DNA from: an uncultured Planctomycetota bacterium
GTDB lineage: Bacteria; Planctomycetota; Planctomycetia; Isosphaerales; Isosphaeraceae
Assembly: GCA_963823665.1 (NCBI GenBank)
Contig: CAWGMQ010000011.1
Location: forward strand, 768,001 to 832,000
Direction: 5' to 3'
Length of the DNA stretch: 64,000 nucleotides
Under the pieces are notes generated by a model. The model ran no database searches and was not told the DNA's origin. It saw nothing but the letters and a program-made list of their open reading frames with translations. This document shows positions 1 through 10,828 of this stretch, piece by piece. Every line of letters starts with the position of its first letter. Position 1 is the stretch's first letter. The translations under genes and the position numbers were made by a program.

Positions 1-801
1 GCTCTCTCTGTGGCGTGCTTCGATCGTGCCGGCGACAATTGCGGCGGCCCATGGTTCATCCGCCGGCCGCAGGGGCGGGTCGGGGGGTTGAGAGTAGTCG
101 ACGACAAGGTCATATTGAGCTCGCTCGATCAACGCGTGCAGCACGCCGTTCAAGCCGAGCAGCGGCTCGTCATCGCCGGGAAGAAGCGGGATTGGAATTG
201 GCGGGATCGGGCTCGTGTAAGGAAACGTCGTCAAGACGGAATTCCCCCTGCTGTGCGCGCGACAGACCAGAATGCGGTAATCCGACGACGGCGGCGCAGG
301 CATCACCGGCATGGGTTCACCGTCGCGCAGCAGGTCAATCTCCACGAGGTTCACGCGCGCTCGTCTCAGGTCACTGCGCTTCTTCAAATAATCAGCTCTC
401 CCGTCCGCGGTATTCTTGTTCGTCGGCGACAAAACTTCAATGACCGTCACGAGTTTGCGACTGGGCAGCTCCAGAATTCTGATAAACCTCTCTTCAACCT
501 CTTCATCATCCAGCACCGATACCGTGAAAGTTTGCACTTCGGGCAGTTCGAGCACCGCCAAGTTTGCTTCGCGAACTCCGGCCCGCGATGGAGTCGCTTG
601 GATCGCAACGTCCAGACGGTACAGCTGCGCGACATCGACGCCGGCAAGTATTGTCGTCCGTGATTCCACACCGACGAAATAGCGAGGTCGCAGGAGAGGA
701 GCAAGCGTGTCGCGGATCGATTGTATTAAGCTGATATGCACGTCCGCCCAAAGCACCGGCCCCTCAAGCCACGGATCCATTCCAGGAAATGGCGCTCTCA
801 T
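1..801 (-). CDS. DUF4058 family protein (runs off window start)
   Basis: Read manually from ATG at 801: MRAPFPGMDPWLEGPVLWADVH...LVTVIEVLSPTNK...VNLVEIDLLRDG...IPIPLLPGDDEP, the typical DUF4058 motifs. No stop inside the window, so it is absent from the ORF track. Confidence 0.85.
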   Translation of the reverse strand, partial: MRAPFPGMDPWLEGPVLWADVHISLIQSIRDTLAPLLRPRYFVGVESRTTILAGVDVAQLYRLDVAIQATPSRAGVREANLAVLELPEVQTFTVSVLDDEEVEERFIRILELPSRKLVTVIEVLSPTNKNTADGRADYLKKRSDLRRARVNLVEIDLLRDGEPMPVMPAPPSSDYRILVCRAHSRGNSVLTTFPYTSPIPPIPIPLLPGDDEPLLGLNGVLHALIERAQYDLVVDYSQPPDPPLRPADEPWAAAIVAGTIEARHRES

Positions 802-806
802 GTCCC

Positions 807-3800
807 TCACTCCTTCGTGATCGTCTCATCAAGATTGAGCAACACTCGCGCCACCACCGTCCACCCAGCCAGATCCGCCGCCTTCGCACCCGCCGGCAGT
901 TCCACGTGCTTCGCCGAATCACCGGTGGCCACCGTCCACACGTCCGCTCCCGGCGCCTCGAACCGCCGCATCTCCTTCTCCAGAAGCTCGAGCAACGTCG
1001 CCTTCTCGGCCTCGCCCGGCGCCCGCGCCAGGCACCGCCGGAATGCATAGTCCAGCCTGTCGGTTGGGGTGCTCCCTCCCCGCTCGAGCGTCAAGAGCGC
1101 CAATGCCCGCGCGCATTCCAGGTAGATCGGCTCGTTCAGTGTCGTCAGCGCCTGCAGCGGTGTATTCGACCGCGACCGCCGCACGCAGGCAAAATCGCCG
1201 TTGGGCGCGTCAAACGCTTGCAGCATCGGGTATGGAACCGAGCGATAGCGGAACGTGTAGAACGCCCGGCGGTACCGTTCCATTCCGAGCGCTTCGTTCC
1301 ACACCTTGGGCCCGTAGCTCACCGGCGGCTGGAACAAAAAGGCCGGCGCCGGCGGGCACACGCTCGGACCGCCGATCTTGGGATCGAGCAGCCCGCTTGC
1401 CGACAAGGCAATGTCGCGCACGATCTCGGCGTCCACCCGGAAACGCGGGCCACGCGCCAGCAAGCGATTGTAAGGATCGCGATGCAGCAATGGCCCGGTT
1501 ACCCGCGACGACTGCCGGTACGTGGCCGAATTGGCGATCAGCCGGTGCAAGTGCTTGAGGCTCCAGCCGCTTTCCATGAACTCGACGGCCAGCCAGTCCA
1601 GCAGCTCCTGGTGCGACGGCGCTTCGCACTGTACCCCCAGGTCCTCGGCGGTTGCCACGATGCCCGTTCCGAAATAAGCCTGCCACACCCGGTTCACCTG
1701 CGAGCGCGCCGTCGTCGGCGACTCCCGGCTCGCCAGCCATTTCGCGAATGTCAAACGGGTAGACCTCTCCGCCTGCGCCACGCCGCCCAGGAATGCCGGC
1801 ACGCCTGGCGTCACCGACTTGCCCGGCTTGAGAAATTCACCGCGCTGGAGGATGTGCGTCACTCGCGGCTTTCGGTCGCGCTCGCGCAGCACCAGTTGCG
1901 ACGTTCCTTCCGGATGCTGCCGTTCGAGCGAATCGATCCAGTTGTTCGCGTCCTTCCATTCCGGCACGGTCGTACGCCAGTACCCAAAGACTCGCGCGAC
2001 CTGTTCCGGACTGCGCAAGTCTGCCTTGATCGCCAGGATGGTCCGAACCTCCGCCGGGATCTCGTCGGCCCTGGCATCGGCCGCGGTCGTGACCGAGAGC
2101 CGGAATCGCCCCAGGTTGTGGCTCTGGTTGTCGTCGCTGTTCCAGCCGCCGTGGTTTTGCTTGAGGTTGAAGGTGATGATCGCTCCGCCTGGTATTTCGA
2201 TCGGTTTCGCCAGCACGAACACCGCATTTCGCGGATGATTTCGCCGCTCCGGACCGATATCAGTGCCCCACGCGGTCTCGTCTTTGCCGTCAATCGCCAT
2301 CGCAACGGGACCCGTGACCCGCTTGCGCTTGCTGTGGTCGTCAAAGATCGCATCAAGTGGCGTCTCCGGCGGATTGACGTCCGCCGTGGCGCTCGCGATC
2401 TTGAAATCGACGGCTTTTCCTTTGCCGTCACCGGGCGCGGCCTCGATCCGAATTTCCGTCAAAGCCCCCGTCCCCTTGATCGACCGGCCGGGGCCGCCCA
2501 GCGGCAGGTTCGGGTCGTTGAGCAATTCCAGCCGAACCGCCCGGATCGGCGCGATCGTGGTCTTGACCGTCATCTCCACCGTGTGCTTGGTCGGCGCATA
2601 TCCTTGCGCAGGAACGAGCCGTCATCCATCAGGATGTACTTCTGCCCCCCGGTCGATTCCTCATCCACCTCAGGGGGCACGATCACCCACTCCGGTGACT
2701 GGGTGGAAACATGCTTCTCCCACGCGGCCATTCGTTCGCGCCAGTCGGGGTTCTGATGCTTGATCAAGTCTTCGATTTCACCGGCCTTCCGATTGATCTC
2801 GGCGATCTTCTGCCGCTCGCTGCTCGTATAGACCGGAATACTGGCCTCATGCGCATTATTGAGAAACGCGAACATGCGGTAGTAATCTTCTTGGGTGAGG
2901 GGGTCGTACTTGTGATCGTGGCATTGGCCGCATTGAATCGTCAGCCCGAGGATCGCTTTGCCCACGCAGTCCATGCGGTCGAACATCGCCTCCATCCGGA
3001 ACTGCTCGGGATCGATGCCGCCTTCCTCGTTGATCATCGAGTTCCGCAGGAACCCGGTCGCGGTGATCTGGTCGGCGGTGGCGCCCTTGATCAGGTCGCC
3101 GGCAATCTGCTCGATGATGAACTGGTCGTACGGCAGGTCGCGGTTGAGTGCGCTGGCAACCCAGTCGCGATAGAAATACACCTGGCGCGACTTGTCTTTC
3201 TCGTAACCGTCTGAATCAGCATAGCGAGCGGCGTCGAGCCAGATCCGTCCCCAGCGTTCGCCATAGTGCGGAGAATCAAGCAGCCGCTCGACCTGTCTCG
3301 CGTGGGCGTCGCCTGCGCGATCGGCCACAAACGCGTTTTCCTCTTCGATCGCCGGCGGCAGGCCCAGGAGGTCGAGAGAGAGACGCTTGAGCAACGTCGC
3401 CCGCTCAGCCTCGGCTGAAGGCTCGAGCCCATTCGCTTCGAGCTTCGCAAGGATGAAGAAATCGATCGGGTTGCGGCACCAGCCCCGGTTCTTGACGGCC
3501 GGCAACGCGGGCCGAACCGGTGGACTGAATGCCCAGTGCCCCTCGTACACGGCTCCTTCCTCGATCCATCGCTTGAGCAGGTTGATCTCGGCCGAGGAGA
3601 GCGATTTACCGCTATCCTTGGGCGGCATGCGCTCTTCAGCATCCTGAGACGTGATCCGCGCGTAAAGCTCGCTTTCCTCGATCTTCCCCGCCGTGATCGC
3701 CACGCTGCCGGAGGCCACAGGCCCTTTGGCGTCGCGCTCGTTGTCGAGCCGCAGCTTGCCTTTCCGTTGCTTCGCGTCGGGCCCATGACACTTGAAGCAC

Positions 3801-3964
3801 TTGTCCGCCAGGATCGGGCGGATATCGCGGCTGAACGAGAGCTTGGCGGACCCGCGAACAACGTCGTCCGCCACCAATTCCGGCGCTCCCGCCGGGAACA
3901 AGATCAAGAGCGTAAAGCCGGCTGTAAGTACCGGCCCGATCGAACTTCCCGACATGCGGATCAT
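807..3964 (-). CDS. Planctomycete cytochrome c / DUF1549 (PSCyt2) / DUF1553 (PSD1) protein; one frameshift near 2609
   Basis: Signal peptide, CFKCH and CGQCH heme motifs, NPIDFFI, YGERWGRIWLDAARYADSDG, PSHQELLDWLA, TPLQALTTLNE. Restoring one G (CTG[G]CGCAAGGA) joins ORFs 2570..3964 and 807..2579 as ...SFLAQGYAPTKHTVEMTVK. Confidence 0.88.
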
Positions 3965-4110
3965 GCGGCGTCTTCCTCGGCAGGCGGGATCGCACGGAGG
4001 CGTGGTGACTACCAGACCATTCTAATCGGAGGCGCGGTTGATCTCCACAGCCAGTTCGGCCGTCAGGCAACTCGGAACAGTCTCAAACGCCTGGCGGCCG
4101 CCCTGCCAGT

Positions 4111-5877
4111 TCAGTGTCGCCCTTCCCTCCGCGAAGGGATTTCTTGACCCGGTGGCGGCCGCGCGGCTCGAATCTGCTCCCAGACGTAGAGCGACCCGAT
4201 CTCGAACCGCGCGCGATACCCGAGCCTGGTCAGCGGCTCCGCGAGCCCGTCGATCCTTGGATCTTTGGAGGTCGTGATGACGAACCGGACCGACCCGTCC
4301 GTCAAGGCGCTGCGCAACCAGGTCGACCGCGGCTCGGCTCCATGCACCGACTCGAAAACCGGGTAGAGCCAGTGGTCGAAGACCAGGTCGGTCCGCCCGT
4401 ACTGACGGTTCCTCCCGGGATCGGAAGCAAAATAGAGGTCCGAAGTTGGTTCCGCCAGATTGCTGACGATCAGCTCGGACTTGAGTCGCTCGAAGCGCAT
4501 GCGGGCGTACGTGACGTATGCCTCCTTGAAACCGAAGCACACGAGCACGAGCGCCGCGACCGCAAGCGCGACCAACGACATGCGCAACCGCGCCGCATCG
4601 CACGCCCGTGCCAGAGACCGTCCCGTCAAGATCGCCGCGAAAACGATGCCTTGGATCGCATAATTGACCCACGCACCGGTGCTGGCCAGGCAAAGGGGCA
4701 CGACAATTGCGATCTCGGCGGCCACAAGGAGACAGAGCGCCTCGTCAAGCTCGCTTCCGAACAGGGCGCGTCGCTCGAGCATCGCGCAGGCGGGGATCAC
4801 GAACAACAGGCAGACAAAAGGCGCCGCCGACATCGCCAGGTTGGTTACCACGCCCGGACGGAACTCGTGCACCACCGGAAGCACGAGCATGCTCTCGGCA
4901 ATGATCGTTCCGGCGATGGCTACCGCCAGCCTTCCGATGCCTCGCTTCAGTGTGACCTGCGCCAGCGCCGCCAGCGTCAGCAGAGCGATCAGACACGAGC
5001 TTCCACCGCCGATATTCCCCAGCACGATCGCCCCGCGCACCCAGTCGGTGGGATGCACCCGCGCCGTCGCCATCGCGGCAACAAAGATCGCTTGCGACAT
5101 CCGCCCTCCCGTCGCCAGCTCCTCGACGACATAAACGACGGCCACGATCGCGGCAGCCGTGAGCACCCCCAGCCCGGCCAGCCGCACCGAAGCCCTGCCC
5201 CTCCAGGCAGCCCGGATGAGAAGTACGGTGGCGACCAGCGGCCCTCCCAGGAAGTGCTGCTTGGCACCTATCGCCAGCCCAAACGCGGCAAATCCGCCTG
5301 CGACGGCGATTGCGCCCGGCCGCCTGGATTGCAGGGCCAAGAAGATCAGCCAGACGCCGGTCGTTTGGAGCCCGGCGGCGATCATATCGGGCCGCACGGT
5401 GAACGGTATCGCCCCCACCACCGGCGCGCTCGCCAGCAGACAAACCGCCCACCAGCTCGCCCGCGCGGGGGCCCCATCCAATCGGGCAATCTGGAAAGCA
5501 CTCCATCCCGCCAGCAAAAGCCCGGCGAACGAGAGCATTCTCGCCGCGAGCCGCGCCGCAGTGATCGCGTCCAGCCCCGAAGTGTGCAGCGGCCAGGCCA
5601 GGAGTGCCGCAAGGTGATAGTAAAGTGGCGCGTGGATGAGCACCAATGGGTTCTGCCTGCCAAACGGCCCGTACAGTGCCCACGGCCCAAGGTCGAGCTG
5701 CCGCGCAACCGAAAGCATGAGCGGCGATTCAAGAGGCTCGGTGTCGCCCGGGCCCAGGGCCGCCCAGATTCCAGAAGCAATCGCAGTGGCCGCGGCAATC
5801 GCCAGCATCGCGGTGATCCAGCGGCAAACCCAGCTACGTATGCGGTCGATCGAGGTTGTACCATGCTGCATCGTCAC
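4111..5877 (-). CDS. Polytopic membrane protein, possible GT-C (ArnT/PMT-like) glycosyltransferase
   Basis: 588 aa with more than 10 hydrophobic segments, a HAPLYYHLAA loop, RPDM and AKQH motifs, and a soluble C-terminal tail. Confidence 0.55.
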   Translation of the reverse strand: MTMQHGTTSIDRIRSWVCRWITAMLAIAAATAIASGIWAALGPGDTEPLESPLMLSVARQLDLGPWALYGPFGRQNPLVLIHAPLYYHLAALLAWPLHTSGLDAITAARLAARMLSFAGLLLAGWSAFQIARLDGAPARASWWAVCLLASAPVVGAIPFTVRPDMIAAGLQTTGVWLIFLALQSRRPGAIAVAGGFAAFGLAIGAKQHFLGGPLVATVLLIRAAWRGRASVRLAGLGVLTAAAIVAVVYVVEELATGGRMSQAIFVAAMATARVHPTDWVRGAIVLGNIGGGSSCLIALLTLAALAQVTLKRGIGRLAVAIAGTIIAESMLVLPVVHEFRPGVVTNLAMSAAPFVCLLFVIPACAMLERRALFGSELDEALCLLVAAEIAIVVPLCLASTGAWVNYAIQGIVFAAILTGRSLARACDAARLRMSLVALAVAALVLVCFGFKEAYVTYARMRFERLKSELIVSNLAEPTSDLYFASDPGRNRQYGRTDLVFDHWLYPVFESVHGAEPRSTWLRSALTDGSVRFVITTSKDPRIDGLAEPLTRLGYRARFEIGSLYVWEQIRAARPPPGQEIPSRREGRH

Positions 5878-6106
5878 CGTCGCTTTGCCCCGCCTCGAGA
5901 TGGTCGGTCGCCCTGAACCTACCCGAGAGTATCACAGTTCATGACGCGGCATCCCTTCAGGCCGCGGCAATTTCCTGCCAGTTCCTGGCCGAGTCGGTGT
6001 TGTCGGGCAAGCCGCGCCCGCGTAAATTGAACGGCGCATCGGGTCGATGCGAAGGCGAGGCCGGTGTCATCCGGAAAGTCCATCTGAATCGAGGAGTCGG
6101 TACGCC

Positions 6107-7801
6107 ATGAGCACCGGAACGGAAACCCGCTCGCGCGGCGCGACCGGCCAGCCCGGGCCGTTCGAGCCCCTACGCGAGCTTCCGCCTCTGCCCCCTCACT
6201 GGCGTAGCTTGCCCAGAGCTTTCGTTCACCAGGCGCGCGCCCTGGCACCCCGGAATGCGATGGCCGACAGCACCGGGGCCAGCCTCACCTACGGGCAGAC
6301 GCTCCTCCGAGCGCTCGTCCTCGGCCGCGTGCTCGAGCGCGAGTGGGGCCCCGCGGCCCATTTCGGCCTGATGGTGCCCCCGACCGTTCCCGCCGCCGTC
6401 GCCAACCTGGCCGTTTCCCTGCGCGGCAAGATCCCCGTTAACCTCAATTACTCGGCCAGCCAGACCCTCGTCGATTCCTCGATCGACCAGTGCGGAATCA
6501 CGCACGTCCTGACCTCGTCCAAGGTGCTCGATCGATTCAAGATCACTCCCAAGGGAAAGATCATCCTGCTCGAGGACATACCGCCCAAGGTGCGCTTGAC
6601 CGACAAACTCTGGGCGGCCGCTGTCGCCAGGCTCGTGCCGGTCTCCCTGTTGCCGGGATTCGTGCCCGGACTGAAGGGCGAAAACCTCGACGCAACCGCA
6701 ACCGTAATCTTCACGTCCGGCTCGACCGCCGATCCCAAGGGCGTCATCCTCTCCCACCGGAACATCCTGAGCAATGTCTATCAGATCGAAGAACATGTCC
6801 ACTTGAAGCCGGAGGAGGTTCTGCTCGGCATTCTGCCGTTCTTCCACGCCTTCGGATTCACGGTCACCATCTGGGCCGGTCTGTGCCTGGGCAAGAAGAT
6901 CGTCTATCACTTCAATCCCCTCGATGCCAGGACAATCGGCAAGCTCTGCGAAGAACACGGCGCAACCCTCCTTGTTGGCACCCCGTCCTTCATGAGGCTT
7001 TACCTCAAGAGCTGTGATCCCAAGCAGTTCCGAACATTGACGCACTTGCTATTGGGCGCCGAGAAACTCAAGCCCGAGCTTGCCCGCGACATCCAGCAAG
7101 CGCTGCACATCGACCCCGTCGAGGGCTACGGCTGCACCGAGCTTTCACCGGTCGTCGCCGTCAATGTACCCAACGACGTGGTGATGCCGGACGGACGTAC
7201 CTTGAGCGGAAATCGCCTGGGAACGGTCGGACAGCCCTTGCCGGGCACCGCGATCAAGACGGTGGATCCGGAAACCGGAGCCGACCTCCCGCCGGGCACG
7301 GAGGGCATCATCGCGGTCAAGGGGCCGCAGGTGATGGTCGGCTACTTGAATCGTCCCGAGGCCACCGCCGCGGTCAAGCAGGACGGCTGGTACTCAACCG
7401 GCGACCTCGGTTATCTCGACCCGGACGGCTTCCTCAAGATCACCGACCGCCTCAGCCGGTTCTCAAAAATCGCCGGCGAGATGGTGCCGCACCTGGGAGT
7501 CGAGACCGCCATCATGGACGTGACTGGAGTTGACGAGCATCACGTCGCCGTGACCGGAATTCCCGATCCCAAACATGGTGAGCGCCTTTGTGTTCTCTAT
7601 ACCGAGCTGGGAATGTCGCCGGCCGAGCTGCACTCCAAGTTGACGCACGGGACGATTCCGAAGGTTTGGCTCCCTTCGCAGCGCGATTTCTTTAAAATAG
7701 CCGAAATCCCGATCACGCCCACGGGGAAGGTTGACCTGCGCATGCTCAAGCAAATCGCAACGGAGCATGCCGCCGGAGCGGGCCTTGCCTCCAAAGGCTA
7801 A
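6107..7801 (+). CDS. AMP-binding acyl-ACP synthetase (Aas C-terminal-like)
   Basis: IFTSGSTADPKGV P-loop, EGYGCTE, WYSTGDLG, DRLSRFSKIAGEMV, TGKVD. ATG at 6107 follows GAGGAG. Confidence 0.85.
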   Translation: MSTGTETRSRGATGQPGPFEPLRELPPLPPHWRSLPRAFVHQARALAPRNAMADSTGASLTYGQTLLRALVLGRVLEREWGPAAHFGLMVPPTVPAAVANLAVSLRGKIPVNLNYSASQTLVDSSIDQCGITHVLTSSKVLDRFKITPKGKIILLEDIPPKVRLTDKLWAAAVARLVPVSLLPGFVPGLKGENLDATATVIFTSGSTADPKGVILSHRNILSNVYQIEEHVHLKPEEVLLGILPFFHAFGFTVTIWAGLCLGKKIVYHFNPLDARTIGKLCEEHGATLLVGTPSFMRLYLKSCDPKQFRTLTHLLLGAEKLKPELARDIQQALHIDPVEGYGCTELSPVVAVNVPNDVVMPDGRTLSGNRLGTVGQPLPGTAIKTVDPETGADLPPGTEGIIAVKGPQVMVGYLNRPEATAAVKQDGWYSTGDLGYLDPDGFLKITDRLSRFSKIAGEMVPHLGVETAIMDVTGVDEHHVAVTGIPDPKHGERLCVLYTELGMSPAELHSKLTHGTIPKVWLPSQRDFFKIAEIPITPTGKVDLRMLKQIATEHAAGAGLASKG

Positions 7802-7907
7802 TGTGCCGACGCGCGAATCAAAATACGAAATATTGGGTTTAATCCCCTGTGGAGAAGCTTGCCAGAACGCGTGATTCACTTCAGAATGGCATTGAGGTGA
7901 CAGGGAA

Positions 7908-9239
7908 ATGCCCGTTGTTCTCAAGGTAACTCTGGGCCCGCACTCCGGTCAGGAATACCAGATCGACCGCCCCGATACGTTCACGGTCGGGCGCTCGAGC
8001 CACGCCGAATTCGCGATGACCCAGGACCTCGTCCTGTCGCGCAAGCACTTCCAGGTCGAAAATCGTCCACCTTTGTGCCATCTCGTCGACCTGGGAAGCA
8101 CGAATGGCACCAAGGTCAACGGCTTGCGTGTCACGCAGGTGGCCCTCCGCGAAGGCGACGTGATCACCGCCGGCGACAGCACCTTTATCGTCCACTTCAA
8201 GGAAGATTCGAAGGACACCCACGATTTCGCCGGCTGCGCGGGCTGCGGCGGGCGGATCCCGATCGGCTCCGCCGACGGCGAAGCTCGGCCGAACAACGAG
8301 ATCATTCTCCCCGGCGGGAAACCCAGCGTCTGGCTCTGCGAAGGCTGCCTGGCCCGTCGGCTCAAGTTCCCCAAGACCGCGCCGGACTACCTGATCGAAG
8401 AATGGATCGGCGGCGGCGGCATGGGCGAGGTCTTTCGCGCCCGCCAGCTTTCTCTGAACCGCCCGGTCGCCATCAAGATGATGAGCACCAACAGCGCCAT
8501 CGGAGACAAAGCCGGGAGCTACTTCAGGCGCGAGATTGAAGTCTTGCGCGACCTGCTGATGCCGGGCGGCCGTTCGCATCACAGCATCGTCAGCTTCTAC
8601 GAGATCTACGAGGTCGACACCCAATTTCATCTCGTAATGGAATACATCGACGGCATGAACGCCCACGAATGGCTGGCGAAGCTCGAGGAGCCCCTTCCGG
8701 TTTCGAGTGGCGCAACCATCGGCCGGCACTTGCTCCAGGCCCTTGATTTCGCCCATTCCAGGGGTTATGTGCATCGCGACGTGAAGCCCTCGAACCTCTT
8801 GATCTTTGGCCCGATGCATCGGCCCCGTGTGAAGCTGACCGACTTCGGGCTTGCCAAGAGCTTCGCCGAGACCGAGGGTCTGACGTCCCTGACGCGGCAG
8901 GGCGACATCGGCGGCTCGATCGGGTTCATCTCCCCGGAGCACATCCGTCACTTCAGCGAAATCCGCGAGCCCGCCGACATCTACAGCGCCGGAGCGACGC
9001 TGTTCTATCTTCTGACCGGCAAGTACCCGTATCTCGGCTTCGACCCCCGCCAGCCCGACTCCTATCAGATCATCCTCCAGCACCCCCCCCTCCCCCTCCG
9101 GGCGTTCCGCCCGGATGCCCCCGAGGGTATGGAGCGAATCCTCTTGAAGGCCCTCCAGAAACAACCAAAAGACCGCTGGAAATCCGCCGGAGCCATGGCG
9201 GGCGCCCTCAGGGCCTTCAGCACACCATCGAACACCTGA
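7908..9239 (+). CDS. FHA domain + Cys4 motif + Ser/Thr protein kinase
   Basis: FHA (VGRS...LSRKH...DLGSTNGT), CAGC...CEGC, kinase GGGGMGEV, VAIK, HRDVKPSN, DFGLAK, SPE. No TM segment. Confidence 0.9.
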   Translation: MPVVLKVTLGPHSGQEYQIDRPDTFTVGRSSHAEFAMTQDLVLSRKHFQVENRPPLCHLVDLGSTNGTKVNGLRVTQVALREGDVITAGDSTFIVHFKEDSKDTHDFAGCAGCGGRIPIGSADGEARPNNEIILPGGKPSVWLCEGCLARRLKFPKTAPDYLIEEWIGGGGMGEVFRARQLSLNRPVAIKMMSTNSAIGDKAGSYFRREIEVLRDLLMPGGRSHHSIVSFYEIYEVDTQFHLVMEYIDGMNAHEWLAKLEEPLPVSSGATIGRHLLQALDFAHSRGYVHRDVKPSNLLIFGPMHRPRVKLTDFGLAKSFAETEGLTSLTRQGDIGGSIGFISPEHIRHFSEIREPADIYSAGATLFYLLTGKYPYLGFDPRQPDSYQIILQHPPLPLRAFRPDAPEGMERILLKALQKQPKDRWKSAGAMAGALRAFSTPSNT

Positions 9240-9282
9240 CCGTAAGTCCGGCACTCCTGTCGGAGTTCACCCCAACGCGACA

Positions 9283-9304
9283 CCAACCCGAAGCGCCAGC
9301 GAGG
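9283..9304. repeat. REP-like short intergenic element (CCAACCCGAAGCGCCAGCGAGG)
   Basis: Resembles the ACCCGAAGCG(T/C)CAGCGAGG intergenic repeat I recall from planctomycete genomes. Single copy in this window. Confidence 0.4.
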
Positions 9305-9389
9305 TAATCCCCCCCAAAATCCGCGGCACTCCAAGAATTCTTTGGTTCGCCCCGCGCAACACGTCGTCTTATCATGGGTAGGACGATCC

Positions 9390-9941
9390 ATGATAACCCA
9401 AGAGGCCGAGCGACTACTGGAGCCGTTCCGCCCGTACCTCACGGTGCTGGCCGAGCTGCATTTGGACCGCAAGCTGCGCGGCAAGCTTGACCCATCGGAC
9501 ATCGTCCAGCAATCGTTCCTGCGCGCCTATTCCGCCCTGGCCGAGGTGCGCAGCCCCGAGCCCGAAGTACTGGCCGCCTGGCTGCGCAGAATCCTGGCCA
9601 GCACGCTGGCCGACGCGGTCAAGCACTACGACCGCGACAAGCGTGCGGTGGCCCTGGAGCGCTCACTCGAAGCCGACATCGACCGCTCCGCCTCCGGCTT
9701 CGCCGCCTGGCTGGCCGCCGACCAGACCTCACCCAGCGGCCGCGCCGAGCGAAACGAAGAATTGCTGCGCCTGGTCGAAGCCCTCGCGCATCTCCCCGAC
9801 CCGATGCGAGAAGTCGTGGTCCTGAAGCACTGCCAGGGCTGGACCCTCCAGCAGATCGCCGAACGAATCAACCGCACAGTGCCCGCGGTGGCGTCGTTGC
9901 TCCGTCGTGGCCTGGAGGAACTGCGCCAGCGGTTGAAGTAG
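9390..9941 (+). CDS. ECF sigma-70 factor, planctomycete kinase-associated type
   Basis: FRPYLTVLAELHLDRKLRGKLDPSDIVQQSFL, AWLRRIL, DQTSPS, and region 4 LPDPMREVVVLKHCQGWTLQQIAERINRT. Confidence 0.9.
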   Translation: MITQEAERLLEPFRPYLTVLAELHLDRKLRGKLDPSDIVQQSFLRAYSALAEVRSPEPEVLAAWLRRILASTLADAVKHYDRDKRAVALERSLEADIDRSASGFAAWLAADQTSPSGRAERNEELLRLVEALAHLPDPMREVVVLKHCQGWTLQQIAERINRTVPAVASLLRRGLEELRQRLK

Positions 9942-10055
9942 TCCGGCGCGAGGGTGGCAGCCAGAACGCTCATGGGTGCCAACGGGATGCGATTTAGTGT
10001 AAAATGCAGGTGACAATTGCAAGTGCCTCATTGTCTCGAATCACCCGGTGCGCAC

Positions 10056-10319
10056 ATGAGTCTCACACTGGCTGAAGCCCTCGGGCAGGTGGATCTCGAG
10101 GCCGGGCGTGTCTACCGCTGCCAGGTCAAGGGGCACTGGGTCGAGCTCCGCGTGCTGCATTCCGCCGACATTCTGCCATCGACCCGCTACGATGAGTCGG
10201 ACGTGATGCTCGATCCGTGGGTCGAGTTTCCGCATCCCACCTCCGGAATCGTTATCCGCGCCAAACAGGGGACGCTCCCGCTGCCAAGCGTTCCGGAGAT
10301 ACCGAGGGATGAGGATTAA
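10056..10319 (+). CDS. Small hypothetical protein, antitoxin-like position
   Basis: 87 aa from ATG 10056, with an acidic Pro-rich C-terminus. Stop lies 2 nt before the next start. Confidence 0.6.
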   Translation: MSLTLAEALGQVDLEAGRVYRCQVKGHWVELRVLHSADILPSTRYDESDVMLDPWVEFPHPTSGIVIRAKQGTLPLPSVPEIPRDED

Positions 10320-10321
10320 TC

Positions 10322-10828
10322 ATGATTTACATTCGCCCGTCGCCGCTGGACGGGATCGATCAAGGGGACATCATCGAATCGTGCCCGATCACTTTCGTCT
10401 CGAGCTTCGATCTGGACGACCTTCAGCGAAGTGAAATCGAGTATGTTCCGGCTCGCGTGATCGTTCTAACCCAAACGTGCGACCTGGCGAACCAAAAGAC
10501 CCTATCGACAACCGTTGCGCTCGTCCACGACGCTGCAAATCTTGTTAGCCAGAATCTGCTGAAACCAGCCGATATTCGAGGACCAGTGCGAGCCGGCAGG
10601 GTGTTCGGCTGGTACTTTCTGCCCGCATGCGTCGATCACAGTCTTCCGGAGATGATCGTCGACCTGCGGGAGCTTCATACTGTTCGAATAGATCTACTCA
10701 CCACGCTGTGCCGCCGCGGCCGACGACCTGCGCGTTTGCTCTCGCCGTATCGTGAGCACCTTGCAAAGCACTTTGCGGACACTTTCAGCCGGATCGGATT
10801 GCCCGACCCGTACGAAACACAAACCTGA
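10322..10828 (+). CDS. Conserved hypothetical protein, possible PemK/MazF-like fold toxin
   Basis: QGDII...VIVLTQTCDLAN...YFLP...IVDLRELHTV...RLLSPYREHLAKHFADTFSRIGLP. The motif layout resembles PemK/CcdB SH3-like toxins. Confidence 0.55.
   Translation: MIYIRPSPLDGIDQGDIIESCPITFVSSFDLDDLQRSEIEYVPARVIVLTQTCDLANQKTLSTTVALVHDAANLVSQNLLKPADIRGPVRAGRVFGWYFLPACVDHSLPEMIVDLRELHTVRIDLLTTLCRRGRRPARLLSPYREHLAKHFADTFSRIGLPDPYETQT

Noticed and set aside
789..2756. Long antisense ORFs (e.g. 789..2756 +, 4114..5916 +, 7881..9254 -, 24086..25420 -)
   Set aside because: Shadow ORFs opposite well-supported genes in high-GC DNA, with Arg/Pro-rich non-protein-like translations.
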